A stretch of DNA of 62,186 bases, the filler included, from Sluysia triapertura (taxonomy: Eukaryota): the NCBI GenBank assembly GCA_046118255.1. It is 4 parts of 4 records of this genome, joined end to end, with 100 filler letters (N's around TTAATTAATTAA, not from the genome) between each part and the next. Parts side by side here need not be neighbours in the genome. Positions count along the whole stretch, not along the records: positions 1 to 14,640 come from JBJNIA010252747.1; 3 more parts are not named here. One strand, given 5' to 3'. Below, in pieces: positions 1 to 11,899 of the stretch. Position 1 is the stretch's first letter, and each line of letters opens with the position of its first letter. The notes beneath the pieces are model-generated. The model saw only the letters and a program-made list of their open reading frames with translations, made no database searches and had not been told where the DNA came from. A program made the position numbers and the translations under genes.

Positions 1-437
1 GTCACCATCATCAACGATGACAGCCTTTTTACATTCTCATCACGCTGTCACCATTGATGATGGTTGTTAATCAGTCACCAACATTTCACCAATTTTACCT
101 ACGATCAATATATCCAATCAGAGTCAACACAGTTAGTTCATCAAGCACTGATCTGATTGGATATACTAATATTAGCTTTAAAAGTAGTCACAATTAGAAT
201 TAAATTTTGTAATATCAATTGGAGTTAAATTTTGGTAGTCACAATTTCATCTACAACTAAATTTTCAATTTTACACCTCTAAGTGGTGAGTTATTTTTGA
301 AGCAATTTCATTTACAATTTCCAATTTTACCAACTGGAGTTAAAAAGCACGATTTCATTTACGAGTAAAATTTTCATTTTATACATTCACAATTTACAAT
401 TTTACTAAATGATGATGAATTGAAGATGAAGAAACTA

Positions 438-665
438 ATGATTTCATGTAACGCAATTTTACAAGATATTGATGAATCAAAATTGAAGCAAGTAACGTTT
501 ATAAGAATCATAATGTTATAAAGTTCATAAAGCTTATGATTTCATGTAACGCAATTTTACAAAATAGTGATGAATCAAAATTAAAGCAAGTAAACGTTTA
601 TAAGAATCATGATGTAGTAAAGTTTATAAAACTAACGATTTCCTGCGACGCAATTTTACGAAATT
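438..665 (+). repeat. ~99-bp tandem repeat, ~2.3 copies (33-aa period in ORF 536-919)
   Basis: A(T/C)GATTTC(A/C)TG(T/C)(A/G)ACGCAATTTTAC recurs at 438, 536 and 635 (periods 98 and 99). Confidence 0.85.
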
Positions 666-1697
666 TCGTACAATCAAACGTTAAACATATCGAGACAAAG
701 AAACTAAACCTCACGTGGACCATTCTACTTGTCACTTCTTCAACGATATTTACAATTCTCGATCAAGAATACATCACCATTGGATCTCCTGTTCTAATTC
801 TAGTTCATCAATACTTCAAAAGCTTGGAAAACAACGTTATCCTTTCTATGATCGATATGAAATCATTTGCCCGAGCATACTTTCCTTATTCCATTTACTT
901 ATACTCAATTCTTTACTGAAATTATGATAACGCTCTCAACATTAATACTCTGCCTAAATCCAAAATTATATAACAACTTTTCATTAAATAAAATTAAACA
1001 TTCAGTAACTTATATTTTATCAACTGGTAGTGGTTTAAGTAATAAAACGTTACCAATCTTAAAAAGATGCCAAGTTAAACAACACCAAAATGTTGTAATG
1101 TCTTTTTAAATATACAATTTCAAGTGGTCCCACTGATTCTCGAAAAACAGTAGTTTGAATATATTCATTAATTATATCGTCTTTTACTGAGCTGTATTGG
1201 AAACATGAAACATTAGCCACATTATTGCTTAGTATACGAGTATAACGAATTTCAGTAATAGATCTGATATTTTTATAATAATGCACTTGCATTAAAAAAT
1301 GAGTTTGTCCTTTACTTGTCTCTAACAAATCGATACAATATATTTTCGTCGTACGAAAAAGTATTTGGAAAAATTAACAATTTGTGTTCCCTTTGGTTCT
1401 ACGTAAATTTGTTTGATTTCTTTGTTTTACAATTTCATGAACCAAGCAACAAACATAATGGACTAATCCAACTTCAAAATTTGAAAGCATTTCCAAAGAA
1501 ATAGTATCAATTCCGTATAAAATCGTCTTATCTTCGTGTAAAATCAAATTACCACTGTAAATTATCATTTTTACAGGTGTAGATGCACAACCTTGTATTG
1601 TACAACCAAAACTTTCGCCTGCTTTAATCATATCTGTTGCTGGTTGATACATCATTAATTGTGTATATTTTACGATCAGATAAATGTTTATCTCAGA

Positions 1698-2330
1698 TTA
1701 TTGAAATTGCATTGGGTTATTGGATAGTGTTTGGTCCAATAATGTAGTAGAAGTAGATACAACTGGTTGATAAGTATGTGTAAAATCAGGAGATGGTGGT
1801 GGACCTAAAGTGAGAGTAGAAAATACTGCTGGATGATGAGAATGATATGGTGCATGTTGTGAAAGAGTGTTATAGGTTGTTCGAAGTACCTGTGTTGGAT
1901 GTGTTGGTGTGGTGTAATATGTAGGAGTGCCAGTTGGTGCTTGAGGTGTTCTGGGAAGTGTATATGGCGGTGGTGCAGTTGCAGCAGAATATGTAGTAGA
2001 AGGATGCAAAAATTGATGTGCAGACTGAGAATTAACAGTTGGATTGAGAATATAAAGTGGCGGTCCAGGCGTAAATTGAGAAAGGTCAGCAGAATATGGG
2101 GTTCCGGTATGTGTAGGAAGTATCGTGTAAGAAGCTGTCATGTACACTGTATTTTGAATAGTTTGAGTTTGATTACCATCTAACATTTCTTCATGTGAAT
2201 TAGGATTTAAAGCAATAAATTCACCAATCGGTTTTAAATCTTCATACTTGATCGGTGGAAAAATGTTTGTAGAACATAAAATAGAAAAGTACAAATTTTC
2301 CGGTATCACAGTCAGATATATTGCATGGTG
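1698..2330 (-). CDS. Orphan Pro/Thr/Tyr-rich protein with PPxY motif (start uncertain)
   Basis: Long open frame, GC-richer than its flanks; contains ATAPPPY; no recognisable family. Confidence 0.5.
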   Translation of the reverse strand, partial: HHAIYLTVIPENLYFSILCSTNIFPPIKYEDLKPIGEFIALNPNSHEEMLDGNQTQTIQNTVYMTASYTILPTHTGTPYSADLSQFTPGPPLYILNPTVNSQSAHQFLHPSTTYSAATAPPPYTLPRTPQAPTGTPTYYTTPTHPTQVLRTTYNTLSQHAPYHSHHPAVFSTLTLGPPPSPDFTHTYQPVVSTSTTLLDQTLSNNPMQFQ

Positions 2331-3058
2331 TAAAAAAAAGAAAGAAAGATTGATAATAAAATGAACGAAAGAAATAGTAGGAATAGGAAATAATAATAAT
2401 AATGATAACAATTATGTGGTTATTATGTTTATTAATACAGAATTGTTGAAATTTATTATGAAATTTTATCATGAAAATTATTATAAAAGTTATTATTTGG
2501 TATTTATATTATATAACAATAATGACTATAATTATTACACATATTTTAATATGATCTGAATCGTAATAATAATAGCGATAGTTCAGGATAATTAGATGTG
2601 ATGGTCATGTTTGTTTTTGAATAAGTTTAGTAGTTTATTTAATAATCTGTGTATATGTGAAGTGTTTTGTGTGATGTAGTGTGATGGAATTAGTGTGAAG
2701 AATTCCCTACATGAAATGATAAAGAAAATATAAAGATTAGTTTATTAAAATTATCGTTAGTTTAGTATATATTTATTTGATTTATTATTATTTATTACTT
2801 ATATATTTTAGGAAAAATAAGTTAAAAAATGAAAATTGAATTAATTATGTTTTTCTTTAAAAATGAATTTACTACAGTGTTCTTTCTATATAAACCCGCC
2901 TTTTTATATAGACGTCATATTTGTCTGCGACATCGATTATGATTCTGGAATTTTGATAACCCAAGAGGATAATCAAGAGGTGGTATATTAATTGAATGTT
3001 TATTATTTCGTTGTTTAATATACTCTGGCTGGGTTATTACTACTTCCTGAATTTCAAT

Positions 3059-3301
3059 TCATTGATTAATAAGATCTAATGGGATTTTCTCCAAGATATA
3101 ATAATGCCTAAATTTACCCTTACAAAAAACGTGAATTTCCTCTATGGCCGTTCGACATAATGGACAACTCATGTATTCCGTGAATGAAAAATGGAAAAGA
3201 TTAATAATACATTTAAAGTGAAATTTATGTAAACATGGATGTGTCTTTGTATAATGCTTATGTATGGAGCATTGACAAATTGAACACCGAATAAAATACA
3301 T
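3059..3301 (-). CDS. Small intronless RING-H2 finger protein (possibly truncated by a premature TGA)
   Basis: CSIC...PCLHKFHFKC...CPLCR fits C3H2C3 spacing; the frame stays coding-like after the TGA at 3059-3061. Confidence 0.7.
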   Translation of the reverse strand: MYFIRCSICQCSIHKHYTKTHPCLHKFHFKCIINLFHFSFTEYMSCPLCRTAIEEIHVFCKGKFRHYYILEKIPLDLINQ

Positions 3302-3994
3302 TACTGAAATTTAGGAAGAAAAAATAAAAATATAAGAAGATAATAATATTTTTAAATTAATTAAATGGTTAATTAAAATACTGTAGTTATAGTTCTAATT
3401 ATGTACATTACGAAAAATATTTGAACAATAATTTTTTAAAGTTAGGTGACCAGCCGGACAGTACACAACCGTCAACGTCGGTCACTCGGTTAACTCTATA
3501 CTTTAATTATGGGTGTCATTCTACGAAATGATCCTAAATACATTTTTATGGCTTCAGTCGTAAGACTGACTGCAAGCAAAGCATAAATGATGCACAAATG
3601 AATGTTGATTTAAAATTCTTTAATGTCATTATTGTGTTTGTAGATTTTAAGGTTAATTAAGCTGATTTTAGTAGATTTATTTGGTATTTTAATTGTTTTT
3701 TCAGTTATCGCTTATTTAATTACAGTATTCTTATTTAATTTATTACTTATAGTTTACTTAATGATGGATATAACTAGATTATATGGTCGTGTGATTGATC
3801 AGTCATTCGCTTTTAGTGATTCATTAGCATTAAGTATCCACGCGTATATAATTGAAAAGGTTGACACAGGATAATAATTTAACAGGGTAGTATGTTTCGG
3901 TGGAATTAATTCTGAAATAGTTTCTTTATCAGTTGCATATCTTATTATAATCGAATTATTTACTAGGGGATTAGTTACCTTAATTAAATCGATT

Positions 3995-5830
3995 TCAGTG
4001 ATTAACGCCGTTCAACCATTGTTTACTGAATTTATCGTAGAATACACAAGGCATTGTTTTAATCCAGTAATATTGTGTATGTATTACTCGATTTGTTAAT
4101 TCCATCGTTATTTTTACTTGATATAATTGAGATTCAAATAAATCTTCACAAGTTACTACCCAATATATTGAAGCTTTAATTAGTGTTGAAGAAGTAGTAC
4201 AGAATTGATTGAAGCAACAATTGATAGATAAACGAACTAACTTCTCGTCCATTTGCTTAGCTACAACTACTATTACGTCGGTCTTGGCTTGAATAGTTAT
4301 TTGTATATTATTGTAGAACAATTTCTTACTTAACTTATTTATGGTTATATCAAATGAATCAATAGTTGTTATTAAACAAATACAGAGTAATACCGATGAT
4401 ATTTGAAATCCATTATAATATGTAGGTAGTCTTAAGTCTGTATTGTATTCATATATTGGTGACGGCATTATTGGTGGTGGTCCTGGAGGAGGGACAAAAT
4501 TTATTATATCTTGGGATTGAATAGAGGTTATCACCGTCATTATCAGGATTAGTGTATTTACATTTATTCATAATGAACATCATTAACAAGGTTATTATCA
4601 ATGCAATAAGAAATAATGTAGCTGCTATTGCTAAAATAACTATTGCCGGATCTTTTTTTAATGTATCTATAATTGTAGTTGGTTCTCTGATTCCTTACAT
4701 AGCAAAATGAAGTTGTTTAACAATTTTTGCTTGATGTTGGATAAATATTACTATGTCTGTCTTCCGATAGTAAATAATCTTTACAGATTGTTACTGGATA
4801 CTCTGCGTTGGGTAGAACATGTATGTGTAGTTCCCATATACTGAAATTAAGTCTTGCTGGATTGATACATATGTAATTTGTTTTAATATTTCTAGTTACC
4901 TTAATTTGCACTTCTGTATCAAAGTTATAAAAATCCAAATATTTTGATTTGTAAATTCTCTATGACGCGTCCGTAATTGATAATAAGGTTAGTAAGGTAA
5001 GTAACATCATGCTTGGTTTTCTATTATTTACTCTTATAATTCTATTACAAGTGATTAATTAGTAAATAGTAAACAGCATATAAATCAGGGTAAAGATTAA
5101 GAGTGCAACTTTAAAAATATTTTGTATTTCAAACTTATTTTTCTTAATTATATTCTTACTTATTTCCGTGGTAATATTCATAAACCTATTCGTTGTAGTT
5201 GCTAATAGTGTACTTACTGTTTTATCTATAACTTTCTTCTTAAAAATGTCCATGAAGTCTATTGTTACTGACTTATTATAAAGTGTAAACGCCATTATTG
5301 TGGTATATTGAATTGAGTGCTCGTATTTGAAGATATCATCTATCATAGAGGGTTTCTTTATTATTATTGGCTCAAAATATATGCATTATATATCGAAGCT
5401 ATAATCAGGAATTTCGTTTCTGTTATCAATTTCAGCAGTCCAAAATCTATTGAAAGTATCTGATAGAAAGACGTTCTGTTTAGTATTGGTATAACTTGTT
5501 AAATTTGCTGGATAATTCGTCATCATAGTTGTTAATTGAAATAAAATAGCATAAAAGTTATTATATAAAAATATCTATTATTTGGAATTGCTCTTATAAA
5601 CATTATACTGCTATCACTGTTGCTAATACTAGTATTATCAGTAGTATTATTATCATTATTATTATCTGATCCGATACCTGAGGTTGAAGAAACTGTGGTA
5701 TCCCACCAATCGAGATTTTCCAAATTTGGAGTTGGTGATGGTGGTAATATTGGATTTAATGGAGCAATTGTACTGGCGGAACTGCTCTTGGCATTGGTTA
5801 TACTACTAATTGTGGTTATACTACATGTGT
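3995..5830 (-). pseudogene. Tandem decayed ORFs for signal-peptide/TM membrane proteins of unknown family
   Basis: S/T/P-rich stretch 5830-5600; TM-like VALLIFTLIYMLFTIY; signal-like MMLLTLLTLLSITDA at ~5010; TM AIVILAIAATLFLIALIITLLMMFIM at ~4650-4570; scattered stops and frameshifts. Confidence 0.45.
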
Positions 5831-5899
5831 ACCTAGAGGTATTTTAAGAAATCCTAGTCTTCCGTGTATTACTATATTTTCTAATTTGCTTAATACATC

Positions 5900-7997
5900 C
5901 ATTTCACATCTAAGACTGTCAACTGACATCTTCTCGTTGATGTTTTATTATTTCTTTTGGATCTTCTAGCTTTCCCGAGATTGACATTATTTGTATAAAA
6001 TTTACATTTCCTTGCTCATCGATATTTGTTAATCTGGACATACAATCGGCACCGTTCTTCATTGACCCTGTTTGTATATTATTTGTAGATCAAATTCTGC
6101 AGTTTTGTAAACCATCTATTTAATCTACTTACTTCATCTCTGTGATTTATAGGTATGTTAATGGTTTATGATCCGTATACAGTAATATTTTCTGTCCTAG
6201 TAAATAGTGTCTGAATAGTTTACACGCATATACAATTGCTAAACATTCCTTTTCTATTGTAGAATAATTTAATTCAGCTTTATTTAATCTTCTACTTGCA
6301 TAAGCTATAACACCTTCTAGGTTTTCTTTATTTCTCTGTCCCAGAATTGCTCCTATTGCAAAGTTGCTAGCATCTGTTGTTAGTATAAATGGTTTGCTCA
6401 TATCTGGGAACATTAGTATTGGGACATTTGTTAATCATTTCTTTAATTCAATAAACGCTTTTGTTTGTTCTTTCGTCCACTTGAATATTGTGTTCTTTTA
6501 TATGAGCATTCTTAATGGTCTAGCTATTTTCGCAAAATCTTTTACGAATCTTTCTTTACATTATCTGGTGGTGGAAATTTCACAACTTTTTCTATATTTT
6601 TTGGATTTGGTTTTATACCTTTATGTGAAACTATGTGTCTCAAAAATTCAACTTGTTCTTCTGACCATACACATTTAGTCGGTTTAATTTTTAATCTTGA
6701 GTGTGTTATCTATATCTACACCACATGAGTATCAAAATCTTTTGAAAATACCATAAATGTAAACCATAACATTCTTACAACCGGGAAACACGAAATTCAT
6801 ACATTTTTGGAATGTCATCCGAATGGCATCTTTTCACATTCATATAGTTCGTCTCCACATGAGAATACTGTTTTATGTTTATCTTTTTCAGCTATTTCTA
6901 CTTGCCAATAACCACTTTACAAATCTAATGTAGTAAAGTATTTAGCGTTGCCTAATTTATCTAACATTTCATCAATTCTTGGTAGTGGGAATACATCCTT
7001 TCTCGTTATTTTATTTAATTCTCTAAAGTCAATACAAAATCTCATAGTTCCATCTTTTTTCTTGGTCTGATAACTCCAGCCTTTTTCATAATATCTATTT
7101 GGTCTTTCATTTCTTGTTGCTTACATAATGGAATTCTGTATGGTTTCTTTCTAATTACTTTATCTTCTATTAACGGAATTTCATGTTTTATTATAACGGA
7201 ATCTCCGATATCATATTTATTTCTTGCAATTGCCCATGGATATCTATGGATAACTTTATATAATGTTTCTTTTTGTTGTTTAGTTAAATTCTTATTCTTT
7301 ATTTGTATTTCTTCGTAATCTTCTTCATCTTCAATATTTTTTGGTAGTTTTATGTTCTTATTTCTTGGTTTATCATCTGATACCATTTTTATTTGTGTTT
7401 TTAATTTATAATTAACTATTTCTCCTAGTTTTGTACCTGTGTATAACCATTTATTTTCATCAGTATAATTTATTATTCTTATTGGTATATTCCCGTCGTT
7501 AATTCTACATATTGAATCAGCAATACCTATGTTTAATTTCTCTTGATTATTTTTTGAAGCTATAAACATTATTGGACCATTTCTTAAACTATTTGTTCTT
7601 CTTAAACTATACATTCTGTCATTTCTAATATAACATCATCGTCATCCATTGGTCTTTCCGTATACGTATCCATTAATCTTGCTTTACTGAAGTCTGATGA
7701 AACTCCTTTTAATTGTGATAGTACATTCATTACTCTACGTTTTATTTCCATTTTGTTCTGGCCAATTTCGCATAATATCTTTAGCACTCCTAAAATTTCA
7801 ATTTCATCTCCAGTTACTCCTGTTAAATATGAATGTTGTTTAGCTAAATTGTTTAATTTTTTAGTAGTTAATAATGATTCGCTTATTAATGAGGCAACTG
7901 CTCCTGTATCAACTAATGCAGATAACATTCTATAATTAACTCTCATATCTATCATGGGTCTTCTTGCACTGTTATAGTTATTATTAGCGCATATCAT
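5900..7997 (-). pseudogene. pol: Gypsy pol (aspartic protease, RT, RNase H), frameshifted and partly deleted
   Basis: ALVDTGA; KPYRIP; [47 protein letters not shown] (7060-6815); FILTTDAS, YASRRL, NYSTIEKECLAIV, TDHKPL, ADCMSR. The YxDD region is degraded. Confidence 0.95.
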
Positions 7998-8109
7998 GTA
8001 AACTAGATTTCTTGGAGGTGGTTGATATAAACTTTGTTTTTCTTCGTTGACTGGTTCGATATCTATTGTCTGTAATGCGATTTCCTCAGTTTTTTTTCTC
8101 TTTCTTTAA

Positions 8110-9889
8110 AGCGTTTAATTGAGCATGAGCGTGATGATGTAACATAAACTTAGCAACCGATTATTAACTTCCATGTAAAACCTGATATTCTGTATATACC
8201 TACAACTAAAATATTTCAGAGATTATAAAAGCAATAACTTTAATTATTACATATATACCTATTAAAACAGAAAAAGCTCGACATATAACTAAGAAGTTTG
8301 CCCAAATTTGTTTTAAAGTGTTTTGTGCTGCTTTCCTAATAGTAATTCAAAGTTTATTTTACCATCTTTTTCAACTCTTGATTTATCAACTATATCAGTA
8401 AGTACTTTAGATCTTTTAATAGGAAATAGTATCTCATGCCAAGCCTCTTGATTATCTTCATTTGAATAGATTCCAGATCTTGGAATGTTCTTTGTAGCTG
8501 AGAATTTTAATTTTGTTTTTAATTCTGTTAAACCTATAATTTCCAAAGATTGTCATCAATTTTATATTCTGGAGCCATTACATTAGAGCAGTGTAGAGTT
8601 TTTGGTTTAAGTTTATTAGTTGGCATAATAATTCTAGTGACTGGTTCTAAATAAGTATTTTGATTTTTGTAGATTACTAGTAATTCATTAGTACATTCGC
8701 TCTCTTGTCTTATTTGTACTTCTACCTTTCAACATTTATATGTATATGAAACTTCACCCATTAGCCTACCAAATACTCCTTCTTCTAATGGAAGTAATGG
8801 TGCTACTAAGTCTGGGTTGGTTATTGCTACTGCTAGTTTAGTACTTAATATTTCCTTGTTTAATTGGAAATCTCTAGCTATCATAGCTTGATAAACTTTT
8901 TCTAGTGACATAAGTCCTAAATGATAATAAAAATCGATTTTATTATTAAAATATATTTAATTGTAAATTATTTGTATCTATTCCTTTTTTGGCTTGTAGT
9001 ATTGTCTTTTCTGATAAATATATTCCTTGATAGTTTGTTTCTGTGATTTCTTGTCCGCATCTAATTACTAGTTTCTTTGATACAAATATTAATTCATCTT
9101 CTTTATTCACCATTAAAATTGTTGGAGTTTCGATTTCATGAAGTCTTCCTTTCACTTATATCTAAATTATCCTTATAAATTTGTTTTTTATTTATTTCTT
9201 CTGCAGCTAATTCACCCTCATTTTGATACATAAATCCTGAGATTAGATTAAACTTAATTTATTTTAGGAATATTAGTGGACATTGGAAATTTTCCAATTC
9301 ATATATAGTATAGATTCTCCAGTATCACAACTTGTTTGATCACTTCTACAAAATGGTCTAGACATCATAGTACCTTTTTCTAAATTAAAACTTTCGTTAA
9401 AAGATTTTAGACTTACTACATACGTTTCTTGAGCTAATACATTGTGATAAATCTTCCTTTCGTATTTTATTGATCATCTTTCACAAGTACCATCAATTAA
9501 TACATTACCAGTTATCTAATATTGTAAATTATTTTTTCATTATTTTTAATTCTTAATTTACCTCCTTTATTTAAACTCCTCCTTTATTTATATATCAAGT
9601 TTCAAATGCATCTCGACAATTGTTTGGTGATATTTTAAAAGGTTTTAATATATTCGACATATCAATAATTGACAAGTGACTGTGGTGTTGTAACCAAATT
9701 TCCTACTTGGTAAACATTTAATACTTTCATATCTTTTATTTTGACTCTATTTGGTCTTGATTGAGGACAATCTTCAGTGTCCAATAAAGAAAACTTTCTT
9801 CCGATTTGAGGTTGGTTACAATCAAAAGCTTTTATAGCATTTGTTTTAAGAATTCCAAATAATGCCAATAAAACAATTATAAATAACAT
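8110..9889 (-). pseudogene. Env-like glycoprotein resembling chuvirus (Jingchuvirales) G
   Basis: Signal peptide MLFIIVLLALFGILKTNA then IKAFDC...FSLLDTEDC; LAVAITNPDL...GEVSYTYKC..VEVQIRQESECTNEL...YLEPVTRII...CSNVMAPEY; C-terminal TM SVLIGIYVIIKVIAFII...GIYRISGFTWKL. These match the recalled chuvirus-G motif pattern; many frameshifts. Confidence 0.75.
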
Positions 9890-9999
9890 ATTATTTATTG
9901 AAGTTCCAAATTGCGGGAATGATCCATTCGTATTAATTAGTCTGGATATCATGTTAAGTGGTTTGCTTAAAGTATTATAATCTTCCTTTTCTTTATCTT

Positions 10000-10350
10000 T
10001 GACTTTTACAATATTTTTTCATCCTCCTAATTGTTCAATTAGAGTACCTAGTTTCTTATCGGTAAAATTTATAACCTTATCTATTTTTTCTTGAGTTAAG
10101 AGCGCAGCTTTATTGCATTGAAATATTATGTAAGCCATTATTATTTTAAGTCCATCTCTATTAATTCCAGCGTTAATTTGTTTATTGATTATGTTTTTAT
10201 ATTGACCATTGTTTATGAAGTCACTTATGTCTGTATTCTTATATCTTTCCTCCATAACTTTAATTATCTTAGATAATGCAATTCTTTTAATTCAGGTAAA
10301 AGTTAGAGAATTTACTATATAATAGTGCGCAAATTATAGTTTTAGTACTT
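10000..10350 (-). pseudogene. Bcl-2-like domain inside the retroelement polyprotein
   Basis: BH4-like STKTIICALLYSKF, BH3-like IALSKIIKVMEERY, BH1-like YKNIINKQINAGINRDGLKIIMAY, BH2-like KLGTLIEQLGG*KNIV (TGA where TGG Trp is expected); in frame with the glycoprotein signal peptide. Confidence 0.55.
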
Positions 10351-11899
10351 AAAGTTTCTTCTATATTCTTATAAGTAATTTTTGTTAAATCAAAAGGTTT
10401 TCTATGTATTGGTGTTGGTATTATTGTTTCGTCATCATTATCTTTAATTTTTTTGGTCTACCTGGTTTTCTTTTAAAAGTATTTGTTTCTTTATCTTCAG
10501 TTTCAATATGTGGATTTTAATTTAAATCTATTATGTAATCGGGTTTATCTTCTGTGTAATCATCATTGTCATTGGTAATATCTATAATTTTACTTTCATT
10601 ATGGTTATCTTTATTATTACTATTATTATTTTCCTTATAACTGTCTTCCATTAATTCTCTTAGTGTTGAACATGGGGTTCTATATAAATCAACATCATTG
10701 TCATCATTGATTAGTTCCTTTAATTTTCTTAAATCATCGGAAGGCTTAGTATATGCCGTTATAACTGCGGAAGTCATTGATGCTTCCTCATGGTTTCCAT
10801 TCATTGATGATAACCCTAATCATTTATATAACAATTTTCTATCATAAAAATATAAATCAACATCAGTAATATTAGAGTCATTTGACTTGAGTAATTCTAT
10901 AATATCTTTAGCAATTGAAGTAGGAGAAGTTCCATAGTAATATTCAAAATAATAATTATACTTATTTTCATTAATTACTTCTTTCTTTTTGTCCTATTTT
11001 CCTTAATAATTTTCTTGCATTAGTCTTATATAAACTATCTTCTTTACTTTAAATAGCTAATACTAATTTAATATCGTGTCATTCTGTAAACTTAATTCTG
11101 AATTCAACAAATCATTTAAATTTTCATTTAAGTCTTTGCTATACGTCATATTAGATAAAAATTCTTCAACTTTTCGATCAATTTCCTTGATTTTAGTTTC
11201 TGGGGTATTTATCTTCTCATTAGCTGCTATTATTATTGATTCCGTCTCTTCTGTTTCCATCTCTTCTGTGGCACTGTAATAGGCATCTTCTTCATCTATT
11301 TCCATTTCTTCTGCTTGTATTTCTTCATCATCTGTTTCTTTATTGTTAATGATGTATCTGTTTCTACTTCTTGATCATCACTTAGTTCTGCATTATTTTG
11401 TTGATTTTCTTCTTGCTTAATTTCTTTATCTGTTGGAATTGATTCTGTATTTGATTCTTCTTCTATTTCATCATTACTTTCTTTTGATTCAGTATCTATT
11501 TCTTTATCAATTATCTTATTTGATTCCGGTTTCCTCGTTTTTCCTTCCCATTTGTCAATTAATTCTTGAATTATTTTTCTTTTATCTTCATTTGAAATAA
11601 CTATTTTATCTCTTTTATTTGTTCAATACTTTCTTCTAAAGGTTGATTTAATAATTCACGAATTCTAACCTAAATTGGTTGAATTATTAATCGATTTTCT
11701 TCTTTTTCTCGTTGTTCCCTTCTTTGTTTATCCTTTTGAAATTCCAGGTATCTATCATGCATGTAACTCATAAAGATTTATTCTTCTTGTTTTTTCTTAA
11801 ATCTATTCTTAATCCACTAATATAGAATTCCCGCAGCATTGCATTCTTTTCTTCATCTGATATTAACTTAAGATATTTATCATCTTCTTCATCACTTCT

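Noticed and set aside
2886-2918. CRE plus back-to-back TATA boxes
   Set aside because: Also reads as plausible coding continuation of the RING ORF (DVYIKRRVYIERTL*); ambiguous.
5829-5841. 13-mer GTACCTAGAGGTA shared with 13619-13631 as evidence of a 3' LTR
   Set aside because: Similarity does not extend on either side.
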